From Candidatus Obscuribacteraceae bacterium (GTDB lineage: Bacteria > Cyanobacteriota > Vampirovibrionia > Obscuribacterales > Obscuribacteraceae), in contig JBGASG010000001.1 of NCBI GenBank assembly GCA_044229845.1, positions 704,001 to 768,000 on the forward strand: 64,000 nt of DNA, in the 5' to 3' direction. Shown here one piece after another: positions 47,750 to 56,561 of the stretch. Position 1 is the stretch's first letter. Each line of letters opens with the position of its first letter. The position numbers and the translations under genes are program-made. The notes under the pieces are model-generated. The model searched no databases and was not told where the DNA came from. It saw only the letters and a list, made by a program, of their open reading frames with translations.

Positions 47750-49180
47750 CTAGCGAGCTAGCGCTCCTGCCGGTTCGCCCTTCATGAGCGCGAGCGAGAC
47801 CTTGTTGAGTTTTTCAATCGCGACCGGCAGATCGAGCGTTTGCATCTGCCCGTCTTTGACGATCACTCGTCCTTCGACGACTGTGTAGTTGGCATTCTGT
47901 GGTGTGCAGAACAAGAGCGATGCAACCGGATCTTCCATGCTGCCGCCGGCGAAGCTGACGGTGTTGGTGATCACCGAGAAGAAGTCAGCGCGTTTGCCTA
48001 CCTCCAGCGAGCCGATGTCGTCGCGGCCCAGAACTGCGGCACCGCCGAGAGTGGCGATCTCGAGGACCTCGCGAGCCGAAATCCATTCTTTCGACTCTTC
48101 GGGCGGGCCACCAGGATTGGTGCTCAGCAACAGGCGAGCCAGCAGCATCGCCTGACGAGCTTCACCCAACATGTGCGAGCAGTCGTTGCTGGATGAGCCA
48201 TCGACGCCCAGTCCGACTTTGACGCCGCCGTCGCGCGCTTTCTTGATCGGGCACATGCCCGATGCCAGGCGCATATTGGACGAGGGGCAGTGAGCAATGC
48301 CGGAACCGGTTTTGGCGAATTTCTTCACTTCGTCATCGTTGATGTGCACAGAGTGTGCGAACCAGACATCTTCGCCGACCCACCCGAACTTCTCCATCAA
48401 TGCAACCGGACGCAGGTTATACGTCTTCAAGGTGTAGCGCTCTTCGTCAAGCGATTCGGCCAGGTGCGTGTGCAGTCCGCATTTATGTTTGCGGGCCAAC
48501 TTGGCTGACTCGACCATCAAATCCTCGGTGACGGAAAACGGCGAGCACGGTGCCAGAACAATCCGGGTCATGGCGCCCGGTTTCATGTCGTGATACTTGT
48601 CTATGACACGCTGGCAGTCGTCCAGAATGGCTGATTCTGTTTCGACGCAACTGTCCGGCGGCAGACCGCCTTTCGATTGCCCGAGCGACATGCTGCCGCG
48701 CGAGGCGTGGAAGCGCATGCCGATTTCTTTGCCGACTTCGATGGCGTTGTCGATTTTGCAACCGTTCGGGAAAACATATTGATGGTCGAACAAAGTGGTG
48801 CACCCGGAGAGCGCCATTTCCGCCATGCCTACTTGCGTAGCCAGACGCTCCGACTCAGGAGTCATGCGCGCCCACATCATGTACAGCACTTTCAGCCAGT
48901 TCCAGACGTTGCCGTTCTGCGCTCCGGGAGCTACTCGCGTCAGGTGCTGGTAGAGGTGATGGTGAGTGTTGACCAGCCCGGGCAAAACCAGTTGCCCTTT
49001 CATGTCGATGACGATGTCGGCGGTCTGAGGTAGTTTGTCGGTGGTGTCAACCTGCTTGATTACGCCGCCTTCGATGAACATGCCACCATCTTTGATTTCG
49101 CGGCGGGCCTTGTCCATCGTCACGAGAATTGCGGCGTTCTTCACCAACATCGTTTTGCCACTCTGGTCGGGTTGCGTCAT
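47750..49180 (-). CDS. 8-oxoguanine deaminase-like amidohydrolase
   Basis: NTHHHLYQ.LTR, RGSMSLGQSKGGLPPD, PCSPFSV, HTHLAE, GVDGSSSND. Confidence 0.88.
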   Translation of the reverse strand: MTQPDQSGKTMLVKNAAILVTMDKARREIKDGGMFIEGGVIKQVDTTDKLPQTADIVIDMKGQLVLPGLVNTHHHLYQHLTRVAPGAQNGNVWNWLKVLYMMWARMTPESERLATQVGMAEMALSGCTTLFDHQYVFPNGCKIDNAIEVGKEIGMRFHASRGSMSLGQSKGGLPPDSCVETESAILDDCQRVIDKYHDMKPGAMTRIVLAPCSPFSVTEDLMVESAKLARKHKCGLHTHLAESLDEERYTLKTYNLRPVALMEKFGWVGEDVWFAHSVHINDDEVKKFAKTGSGIAHCPSSNMRLASGMCPIKKARDGGVKVGLGVDGSSSNDCSHMLGEARQAMLLARLLLSTNPGGPPEESKEWISAREVLEIATLGGAAVLGRDDIGSLEVGKRADFFSVITNTVSFAGGSMEDPVASLLFCTPQNANYTVVEGRVIVKDGQMQTLDLPVAIEKLNKVSLALMKGEPAGALAR

Positions 49181-49216
49181 TGATGCTCTCCTTATAGTGC
49201 AGATCTCGGGGGGATA

Positions 49217-51817
49217 CTAGTTAATGGCTCGCAGTAGATCGCTCAGCCCTTCGTCCATCAACGAGATCATGGTTCGTACGTCATACAACATTCGAATGCG
49301 ATCGGAGATCAGTTTGATGCGTTCGTTGATCTGTCGATGACCGGGCGGCACTGCAGCAAGTTTTTCTTTTTCTGATTGTGACTCGATTTTGGAACTTATG
49401 ACCTTTGATTCTTGCCAGTAAGTCACCAGTTTTTGCATGCGAGTTTCACCTGATAATGTGGCGCCACTGCCGGACAGATGAAAGGTAGGTGCGTTGAGGA
49501 AGTCGCAGATTTCCTGCGATAGGACCGGGGCATTATTGTTATCTAGGTTAAAAACGGGAGCCAGTGTATTTGGATGTACCCGCTCCAGTCGTACACCACC
49601 CGGGTGTTCGATAATCGTCAAGCCAGCCAGTCCGCCGACAGTGAGACCAGATACAATATTTAATCTGTTTGCATAGAGATTTTTTCTGGCGCTGCCGGTC
49701 AGCGAGAGTGGACCATCGATGATCAAACCCAACACGTTGATCTGAAAGAAATTCGCCGTGTTAGTCATTTGAATCGCCAAATCACGCATGCGCTTCAAGT
49801 GGTCGACAGCTTCCCGCTCAACAGCAATTTCTAGATCTACTGCATCCACTGCCCTGCCGACATCCAAAACCGCATAGAGAACGCGGCGAGTCAGCCAGAG
49901 TTGTTCGGAAACCAAATCGGGTGGAGGGTTATCTTGCTGCGCAGCGGCTGCTAGTTTATTGGCCTGTGCTTGTACTCCCAAGATGTTCGCCACCCCGGTG
50001 GCGGTAGGTGCGAGTTGTGCTGTGGTTTCATGTGCTGAGCGCCGATGCGCTGGGATGTGCTCGTATTGAGGTCCCGTTTCTCGCACGAGGTCGAACAGCC
50101 CGGCATCGAATTCCTCGAGTCTTGCTCGCAATGAGTGCAGCAGGGAAACTCGATTTCTAACAATGTTGATTGTGTCGCGATACTTGCTGTCGGCTGCCGC
50201 CAGCTTGATCTGATTCTTCTTCTTGTCTATATCCATTGTCGAGATCCGATACTTCTTCCACTGGTGAAGCAGATACTCTTTGCGTGTTTGACCGGTGGTC
50301 GAGCGAGGCGAAGGCGAGTCGAGGAAGGCAATCACCAGTGGTGAGAATCTATGTGGCTTGCGTGCATCGAGATCGAAGACATCGGCGAGGGCGTTCGGCG
50401 GGGTATCAATCTTGCGCCGTCCGCCGTGCAATTGCACCAGCGCCAGTGATGAGAGAAGAGTGCCGATGCTGCTTTCAATGACAAACATTTCGTTGCCTGC
50501 CTTCGAGTGCTGCTTTAAAAAGAGGAGTCCCGCGATTGCACTGAACACGCCAGATTGAATAAAGTTTGCTTCGAAGTTTTTCTGCAGCCCCTTGCCTCGC
50601 TTAATCAGTAGACTTGACAGAACAACGTCGTATGCATAATTGAGTTCGCTGTCGATCTGGTCGGTGGCAATGTGCATCTCGAGAAGACCGCAAACCACCG
50701 CTTCCATGAATTCTACTTCCAGTTGTGCCTGCAACTTTGAATCGGTGGGCTTTGCAGAGCGATTAACTTCAATCAGCTGTGCCGCGAGCTTCTGTACGCG
50801 CAACAGTCGCGCTGCTTCACTAGCCGGTTGTCCAAGCCCACTTACCGTTTGTGAAACATCTCCGTCGCCGACTGACGAAGAGCAGGTCATGCGGACAAGT
50901 GTCAGTAATGACAGCAATGCGTTGTCGAAGTCTTCCACGAATGTATGAAGAGACCAGAGTAAAACGATGCGCTTGTTGAGGACCGCGAAGCTGGCAGTGT
51001 TGCGTTGCAAACTACACAGCGTTGCTGCACTGTGCGGGTCTACGCCCGTGCGTTTTTTCCAGGCCGAAAACATTTCTTCGCGGCGTGTGACAGCTTTTCC
51101 GGGACTCGGCAAATCCAGAAATTTCTCCAGGCTCTCAGGCAGATTTTTGCCGTCAACGGGACCGCCTTCGAGCACCGGTGCAAGAGCCGATGGTGGAGCT
51201 GTATGATGAGCCTTCGCCATTTTGGCGTGAACAATTCCTACGACAGGAAAAAACAGGCCGAGACCGGCACCGATGCATGTGAACTCGGCTGAAGTCTTGA
51301 AATGCTTGTGGATACGCATGTACGGCTCAAGGGTGTAGAACACCGAAAACTGAGCGAAGTTCACCAGGTTAAGGAATTGATTTATATCGTCTTGCTTGCG
51401 ATGCTCGCGATCAAGGATGGCGTAGGTGTATGACAGTTCCAGCTCCAGCTTGTTTGTTGACCGGCGGACATCAAGGTACCCTACTAGTATCTTGCGAAGT
51501 ATTTTCGCTCTCAGTGCAGTGGCTTCTGAGCTGTCTGCCTGTCCTGATTCTCGCAGGAGCAAAAGCTGGTCGAGCTGCTTGCGCACGCCCAGAATGTCCG
51601 CACACTGGGTGGCCAGCAACCGGCGGCTATTCTCGACGACTTGCGGGGTTGCCGGCTCAGTTGCATAACAACGCAGCGGTGACATCAAGAGCAGAGTCGC
51701 TAAAATCACACACCATGCGCGCTGAATTGATAGTCTCAGGTCCCACGTGGTAGGGTTGAGGAGAGGCGTGCGGCAAAACCGTGTCAAGAGAGAGCACTCC
51801 CTGCGAAGCTCACGCAT
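49217..51817 (-). CDS. Hypothetical exported protein, three tandem ~270-aa repeats
   Basis: Three units each with A..L.V, NF.Q, P..LA.V, FL(D/N).P, TR.....W, R..LL..L...D..L..L. Confidence 0.85.
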   Translation of the reverse strand: MRELRRECSLLTRFCRTPLLNPTTWDLRLSIQRAWCVILATLLLMSPLRCYATEPATPQVVENSRRLLATQCADILGVRKQLDQLLLLRESGQADSSEATALRAKILRKILVGYLDVRRSTNKLELELSYTYAILDREHRKQDDINQFLNLVNFAQFSVFYTLEPYMRIHKHFKTSAEFTCIGAGLGLFFPVVGIVHAKMAKAHHTAPPSALAPVLEGGPVDGKNLPESLEKFLDLPSPGKAVTRREEMFSAWKKRTGVDPHSAATLCSLQRNTASFAVLNKRIVLLWSLHTFVEDFDNALLSLLTLVRMTCSSSVGDGDVSQTVSGLGQPASEAARLLRVQKLAAQLIEVNRSAKPTDSKLQAQLEVEFMEAVVCGLLEMHIATDQIDSELNYAYDVVLSSLLIKRGKGLQKNFEANFIQSGVFSAIAGLLFLKQHSKAGNEMFVIESSIGTLLSSLALVQLHGGRRKIDTPPNALADVFDLDARKPHRFSPLVIAFLDSPSPRSTTGQTRKEYLLHQWKKYRISTMDIDKKKNQIKLAAADSKYRDTINIVRNRVSLLHSLRARLEEFDAGLFDLVRETGPQYEHIPAHRRSAHETTAQLAPTATGVANILGVQAQANKLAAAAQQDNPPPDLVSEQLWLTRRVLYAVLDVGRAVDAVDLEIAVEREAVDHLKRMRDLAIQMTNTANFFQINVLGLIIDGPLSLTGSARKNLYANRLNIVSGLTVGGLAGLTIIEHPGGVRLERVHPNTLAPVFNLDNNNAPVLSQEICDFLNAPTFHLSGSGATLSGETRMQKLVTYWQESKVISSKIESQSEKEKLAAVPPGHRQINERIKLISDRIRMLYDVRTMISLMDEGLSDLLRAIN

Positions 51818-51873
51818 TAAAGCATTCGCTCATGGCTTTGGCTACCGGCGCCGAATGAATTCAAGCAGCCAGA

Positions 51874-53004
51874 TCAGCGCAATCCTTCCGGATCGGTAAG
51901 TTGTTGTTCGTCGGTGACCTGGGCTGCAAAATCGTTTTCTGCAGGCTTCTGTCCGGAGCCGGCGGTTCTGGGCGCTGCTGCATCGGTGCCGGGTTGTCCG
52001 GCGCCCGCCAGTGGTGGCGGTGTGGTGCCCGCTAACATCGCATTGATCTGCGGTTGGAAAAACCAGATCAAGCCTGCCACCACAATCAGTACCACCCCGA
52101 ACGCTATTTCGCCGAGGCGGCTGCGGGGTATGGAGATATGCTGCTTGAGGGCGAGCGCTTGTTGGCAGTCGTGCATCAGTTGCTCAACGTTCTCATAACG
52201 TTCTTGCGGGTCCTGGGCGGTTGCTTTTTGTACTATCGCGTCGCAGATGTCGCTGACTTCGCTGTTCAACATGGCGGGCGACGACCGGTGCAGCGCCTCC
52301 GGTTCTTTGCCGGTAAGCAGGAAATGCATCGTGGCGCCCAGGGCGTAGATGTCGGAAGCAGGGCTTGCCTGCCCCCAGTATTGTTCGGGCGGCGAGTAGC
52401 CGGCGGACACGACTTTGGTCACTTCCTTGCCGTCTTCGTCGAATTTGCGGGCGATACCGAAGTCGATCAGTTTCAGCCGATCTTTAGAGTCGAGCATGAT
52501 GTTGCTCGGTTTCAGGTCGCGATAAATAATCGCCGGCTCCAGTCCGTGCAGATAGGTGAGCACGTCGCAAATTTCAATTGCCCAGGTCAGCACTTCCTCT
52601 TCCGAGAAGGGTTCCTGCCGGTGCTGGGTCAGCACTTCGTGCAGGTTGTTGCCCTCGATGTACTCCATGACGATGTAGTACTGACCGTTTTCTTCAAAGT
52701 GGTCGAGAATCTGCACAATCGAAGGGTGCTCGAGCGTTGACAACAATTTGTACTCACGCTTGAAAAATTCGATTGCCAGGTCGTGGTCTTCTTTGCGGTA
52801 GTGGTCGTCACGTAGCTGTTTGACTACGCGGCGGCGCCCTTCCAGGCGCAGGTCGGCGGCTGTATAGACTTTGCCCATGCCGCCCTGACCGAGCACTTCG
52901 CGAATTTCGTAGCGATTTTGCAAAATGCGCCGATTATCCGGCGGAGCCAGTGGGCAGGGTCCGTTATGCGTTCCGGCGATGCCACAATGAGGACAAAAGG
53001 TCAT
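51874..53004 (-). CDS. Ser/Thr protein kinase with N-terminal Cys/His ribbon and C-terminal TM
   Basis: CPHC..H..PC; LGQGGMGKVY, YRDLKPSN, DFG, YSPPEQ. Confidence 0.95.
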   Translation of the reverse strand: MTFCPHCGIAGTHNGPCPLAPPDNRRILQNRYEIREVLGQGGMGKVYTAADLRLEGRRRVVKQLRDDHYRKEDHDLAIEFFKREYKLLSTLEHPSIVQILDHFEENGQYYIVMEYIEGNNLHEVLTQHRQEPFSEEEVLTWAIEICDVLTYLHGLEPAIIYRDLKPSNIMLDSKDRLKLIDFGIARKFDEDGKEVTKVVSAGYSPPEQYWGQASPASDIYALGATMHFLLTGKEPEALHRSSPAMLNSEVSDICDAIVQKATAQDPQERYENVEQLMHDCQQALALKQHISIPRSRLGEIAFGVVLIVVAGLIWFFQPQINAMLAGTTPPPLAGAGQPGTDAAAPRTAGSGQKPAENDFAAQVTDEQQLTDPEGLR

Positions 53005-53078
53005 GTCTCACCCACGTTAGTTCTGTTTCAGTATATATAATATGCCTCGCACGAGCACTTACAAGGTATGAAAAATCG

Positions 53079-53555
53079 ATGGGCAGCAAACTAGCAATCG
53101 GCTCCGACCACGCCGGTTTCGAACTAAAACAGCAGCTAATTAAATTCCTGAAGGACGAAGGGCACGAGGTTTCGGACCTCGGCACTCACTCGACCGAACC
53201 TTGCGATTATCCTGATTTTGCCGAAAAAGTCGGTTTGGCTGTTGTGAAAGGCGATGCCGAGCTGGGCATCGTTGTTTGTGGCAGCGGCGTTGGAGCGACG
53301 GTGGCGGCGAATAAAATTCCCGGCGTGCGTGCCGGACTTTGTCACGACACATTTTCTGCTCACCAGGGGCGCGAAGATGATGATACCAATGTCATGTGTC
53401 TGGGAGCCCGCGTCATCGGCATCAACCTGGCTCAAGAAGTGTTGAAATCCTGGCTTAATACGCGCTTTTCCGGCATCGATCGCCATGTGCGGCGAGTCAA
53501 CAAGATCAAGGCGATCGAGGAGAAGTACTGCGGAGCCGTCACCAACACTAAATGA
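53079..53555 (+). CDS. rpiB: Ribose-5-phosphate isomerase B
   Basis: GSDHAG, DYPD, CGSGVG, ANK..GVRA, RH.RR. Confidence 0.95.
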   Translation: MGSKLAIGSDHAGFELKQQLIKFLKDEGHEVSDLGTHSTEPCDYPDFAEKVGLAVVKGDAELGIVVCGSGVGATVAANKIPGVRAGLCHDTFSAHQGREDDDTNVMCLGARVIGINLAQEVLKSWLNTRFSGIDRHVRRVNKIKAIEEKYCGAVTNTK

Positions 53556-54616
53556 CCGACGAATCGCTACAACGTAGTTATCCACGCATGGGCGGACCTG
53601 GAGGGGTATGGGCCCAGCGAGCTGAGTCTCTGGTCGGCAAAACCATCGGCGAGCGCTACCGCATCGTGTCATTTATCGGTGGGGGCGCGGTGAGCACTGT
53701 ATTTAAAGCGAAGGATCTATCGACGGCGCGCACAGTGGCACTCAAAATCATGCCCGAATGTCGCAGTGCCAGTGCTGAGGCGCTGAAGATCTTCGAGCAC
53801 GGTGCGCGGCTGACTATCAACCATCCCAACCTGGTAGTCGTGCACGCCTGCGGACTCACCGATGACGGTGCTCCATGGCTGGCTATGGAGTATCTCGAAG
53901 ATGCCACGTCGCTGGCGCAGTTGCTCAAACAGGAGCAGAAGCTGACGCTTGATCGCGTGGTCAGTCTCTTCCAAAAAATCTGCGATGCGCTTGCCTACAT
54001 ACACACGAAAGGCGAGGTCCACTTCAACGTCAAGCCGACCAACATCATGATCATGCGCCAAGAAGGCGAAGGCGATCAGGTGAAAATTGCTGATTTCGGC
54101 ATCGGCAAAATTTCGCTCGAGCGCGAGATGGAAATTTACGACGATCGCTTGCCCCGTTACAGCAGCGCGCTCTACATGAGCCCGGAGCAGTTTCAGGGGC
54201 AGCGCATCCACGCACAATCCGATGTCTACTCCATAGGGTGCATGTTGTACGAGGCACTTTCGGGCAAGCCACCACTGGTGGGGCTGACTTTGCTGGATAC
54301 GATGGACAGGCACCTGCGTGAACCGCCAGTGCCGATTCAGGATGCTGCGCCGCATGTGCCGCCGCGGCTGGCTAATGTGGTCATGCGTTGCCTGCACAAA
54401 GAGCCGGCACGCCGATATCGCACGGCGGAGGAGCTGCGAGCCGCTCTGGACAAGGTGTTCAATCCGGGCGATCCATCGTCGGTGATTTTGCCCAGCGTTC
54501 CGCAAGGAACTCAGCTGGCGCGCAAAGAACACCCATTGTTCTACGTTACATTTTTGCTGTCCGCGGTGTTGCTGATCATAACGCTGGTGATTGCAGTCAC
54601 TATGGCTTTGCAGTGA
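53552..54616 (+). CDS. Ser/Thr pseudokinase with C-terminal TM
   Basis: VALK, DFG and YMSPEQ present; catalytic loop reads HFNVKPTN. Confidence 0.88.
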   Translation: MTDESLQRSYPRMGGPGGVWAQRAESLVGKTIGERYRIVSFIGGGAVSTVFKAKDLSTARTVALKIMPECRSASAEALKIFEHGARLTINHPNLVVVHACGLTDDGAPWLAMEYLEDATSLAQLLKQEQKLTLDRVVSLFQKICDALAYIHTKGEVHFNVKPTNIMIMRQEGEGDQVKIADFGIGKISLEREMEIYDDRLPRYSSALYMSPEQFQGQRIHAQSDVYSIGCMLYEALSGKPPLVGLTLLDTMDRHLREPPVPIQDAAPHVPPRLANVVMRCLHKEPARRYRTAEELRAALDKVFNPGDPSSVILPSVPQGTQLARKEHPLFYVTFLLSAVLLIITLVIAVTMALQ

Positions 54617-54913
54617 CAGATCGGTTATTAGAGACATAGCTTGAGCATATGATGATGTCTGAAAGCAGACGGATTTACCCATTCGGAGTTCCCATCTTTT
54701 GAGAAGATATATGGTGGCGCACCGGCGATTTTAGTGGTGTCACCATAGGTGGTGTCTGATCCGTGCTCATCAGTCACATGGCTGTGGCGCCCGCCGGCGC
54801 GCGACCTAGGGGTTTTTAGCAGGCGTATATACAAGGTTGCCTGCCTTTCCTTATCCGTACAATTGAAGATGTGAGCGACGAACTAGCCGCCGCTGAAAAG
54901 AAAGGAGACCCCT

Positions 54914-55591
54914 ATGAGCCTTCGAGAAGTCAAACGAAACAGCTCCCACTTGCGCCTTATTAGAGGAACTGCTCCGGAAGCGCAACAAGAGCCTGATGTT
55001 TACTCCAGCAAGACGGACGAAGATCTGATTCTTCTTTGCCAACGTAAAGATCAGCGTGCCATGGAAGAGTTGATTCGCAGACATCAACGCACAGTATTTG
55101 CCTTGCTCTATCGCCTGGCACCGGATTGGAACAACACCGCCGACCTGGCGCAGGAAGTGTTCATCCGCATGTGGCGATCGGTGGGCAGCATTCGCAACCC
55201 GAAAGCTTTCCAGAGCTGGTTGCGCCAGATCGTCACCAACATGTTCTATGACGAACTGAGAAAACGTCCCCGCCAGCTCTCCGTCATTTCGATGGACGAG
55301 CCGATGAACAGAGAAGAACAGGACGAGGGCGGCACGCGCGACATTCAAGACAGCTCCGCAGGACCGGACGAACTGTGTCAGCGTCAGGAGTTGAACAATG
55401 TCATTCGTTTTGCGATGGATGAGCTGCCCGAACAGTTCCGCACCGCTATCTACCTGCGTGAATTCGAAGGTCTTTCTTATGAAGAGATCGCGACGATTAC
55501 ACGTTCGGAAGTCGGTACGGTGAAGTCGCGCATTGCACGGGCGCGCGCTAAGGTGCAGCAAATTGTCACACCATATCTGAAGTCGGCGTAG
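54914..55591 (+). CDS. ECF RNA polymerase sigma factor (cyanobacterial SigG-like)
   Basis: AAAGGAG RBS; LAPDW..ADLAQEVFIR, WL.QI.TN.FYDELRKR, LSYEEIA..GTVKSRIARAR. Confidence 0.93.
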   Translation: MSLREVKRNSSHLRLIRGTAPEAQQEPDVYSSKTDEDLILLCQRKDQRAMEELIRRHQRTVFALLYRLAPDWNNTADLAQEVFIRMWRSVGSIRNPKAFQSWLRQIVTNMFYDELRKRPRQLSVISMDEPMNREEQDEGGTRDIQDSSAGPDELCQRQELNNVIRFAMDELPEQFRTAIYLREFEGLSYEEIATITRSEVGTVKSRIARARAKVQQIVTPYLKSA

Positions 55592-55609
55592 AGCAATTCA
55601 CAGATGAGT

Positions 55610-56530
55610 TTATGAGAGCGGTACCGAGGGTGCCGCTCTCATTATTTGGCGAAGACAAAACTGCACGCAACGCACATCGACCGAGTTTCCTACCAGGCGC
55701 CAGGCTGTTTCCAGCGGTATGTCTTCTGGAAGTTGGAAGTCGGCAGGAAAGCCGAGCAGATTCAAAATCTCTCGCGGTGAGAAACGGCGCAGCTGATTGT
55801 TGGCGTGCGGAATCTTGATTAAAGAACCGCTGACCTTTTGTGATTTGCCGTATCCGCTCGTGAAACATATCGCCACCGCCCGCTCGTCAAGCGGGTCGAC
55901 AATGTCATAGCTTTGACCGTAGCGCTGGACGGTTTCCTCTGGCGGGCGAAGTTCCATGCGTTCGCAGGTGCCGTCGATTAAATAGGTTCGCAATGGTTTG
56001 CTGCCGGAATCATGTGCGCTCTCAGGCACTGGCAGTGGTGTCGTCGATGCCAGCACGAAGTGTCGTGGTCTGCGCATCGGTGTGCCTAACTGCGTGGAAC
56101 ACAGGTCAAATGTGCGGACGCTGTATCCTTGTTTTTTCAAAGTGTCTTGCAGAATTTCGTTTACTTTGCTGGTTTTGAAACCCAGCACATTCTCGACTGC
56201 GAGAAACCGGGGCCGATGATCGCCGATCAGGCTGATCAGGTGAAGAAACGACTGCGCGCGCGCATCGTCGGCGTCTTTTTGCTTGCCGCGGACGCTATAA
56301 GGCGTACAGGGCGGACTGAGCCACCACATATCTGCGTCTGGAATGTTTCTGCTCCCAATAGAATCCAGATTGCGGGCACGCGGCGCATGTCCAAAATTGA
56401 GCTTGTAGACGCGGTTGGCGGCTTCGCTCTGGTCGAAGGCAGCTACGATCTCGATCAATCCGGATTGACGCGCGGCAACCGCGAACGCGCCGATTCCAGA
56501 GAAAAATTCCAGTGCCTTGATCATCAGCAC
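55610..56530 (-). CDS. Dnmt2-like cytosine-5 methyltransferase
   Basis: LEFFSGIG, SPPCTPY, ENV.GF, R.R, CFTSGYGK, RRFSPREI..LLGFP, GNSV. Confidence 0.85.
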   Translation of the reverse strand: MLMIKALEFFSGIGAFAVAARQSGLIEIVAAFDQSEAANRVYKLNFGHAPRARNLDSIGSRNIPDADMWWLSPPCTPYSVRGKQKDADDARAQSFLHLISLIGDHRPRFLAVENVLGFKTSKVNEILQDTLKKQGYSVRTFDLCSTQLGTPMRRPRHFVLASTTPLPVPESAHDSGSKPLRTYLIDGTCERMELRPPEETVQRYGQSYDIVDPLDERAVAICFTSGYGKSQKVSGSLIKIPHANNQLRRFSPREILNLLGFPADFQLPEDIPLETAWRLVGNSVDVRCVQFCLRQIMRAAPSVPLS

Positions 56531-56561
56531 ATGTTACCAAACATCGTGGAATCTCAGGGGT

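Noticed and set aside
54640..54775. Minus-strand CTGATGA suggesting a hammerhead ribozyme; GGGAAC..GGGTAAATC suggesting a c-di-AMP riboswitch
   Set aside because: No GAAA after stem II; the 3' half of the ydaO consensus is absent.
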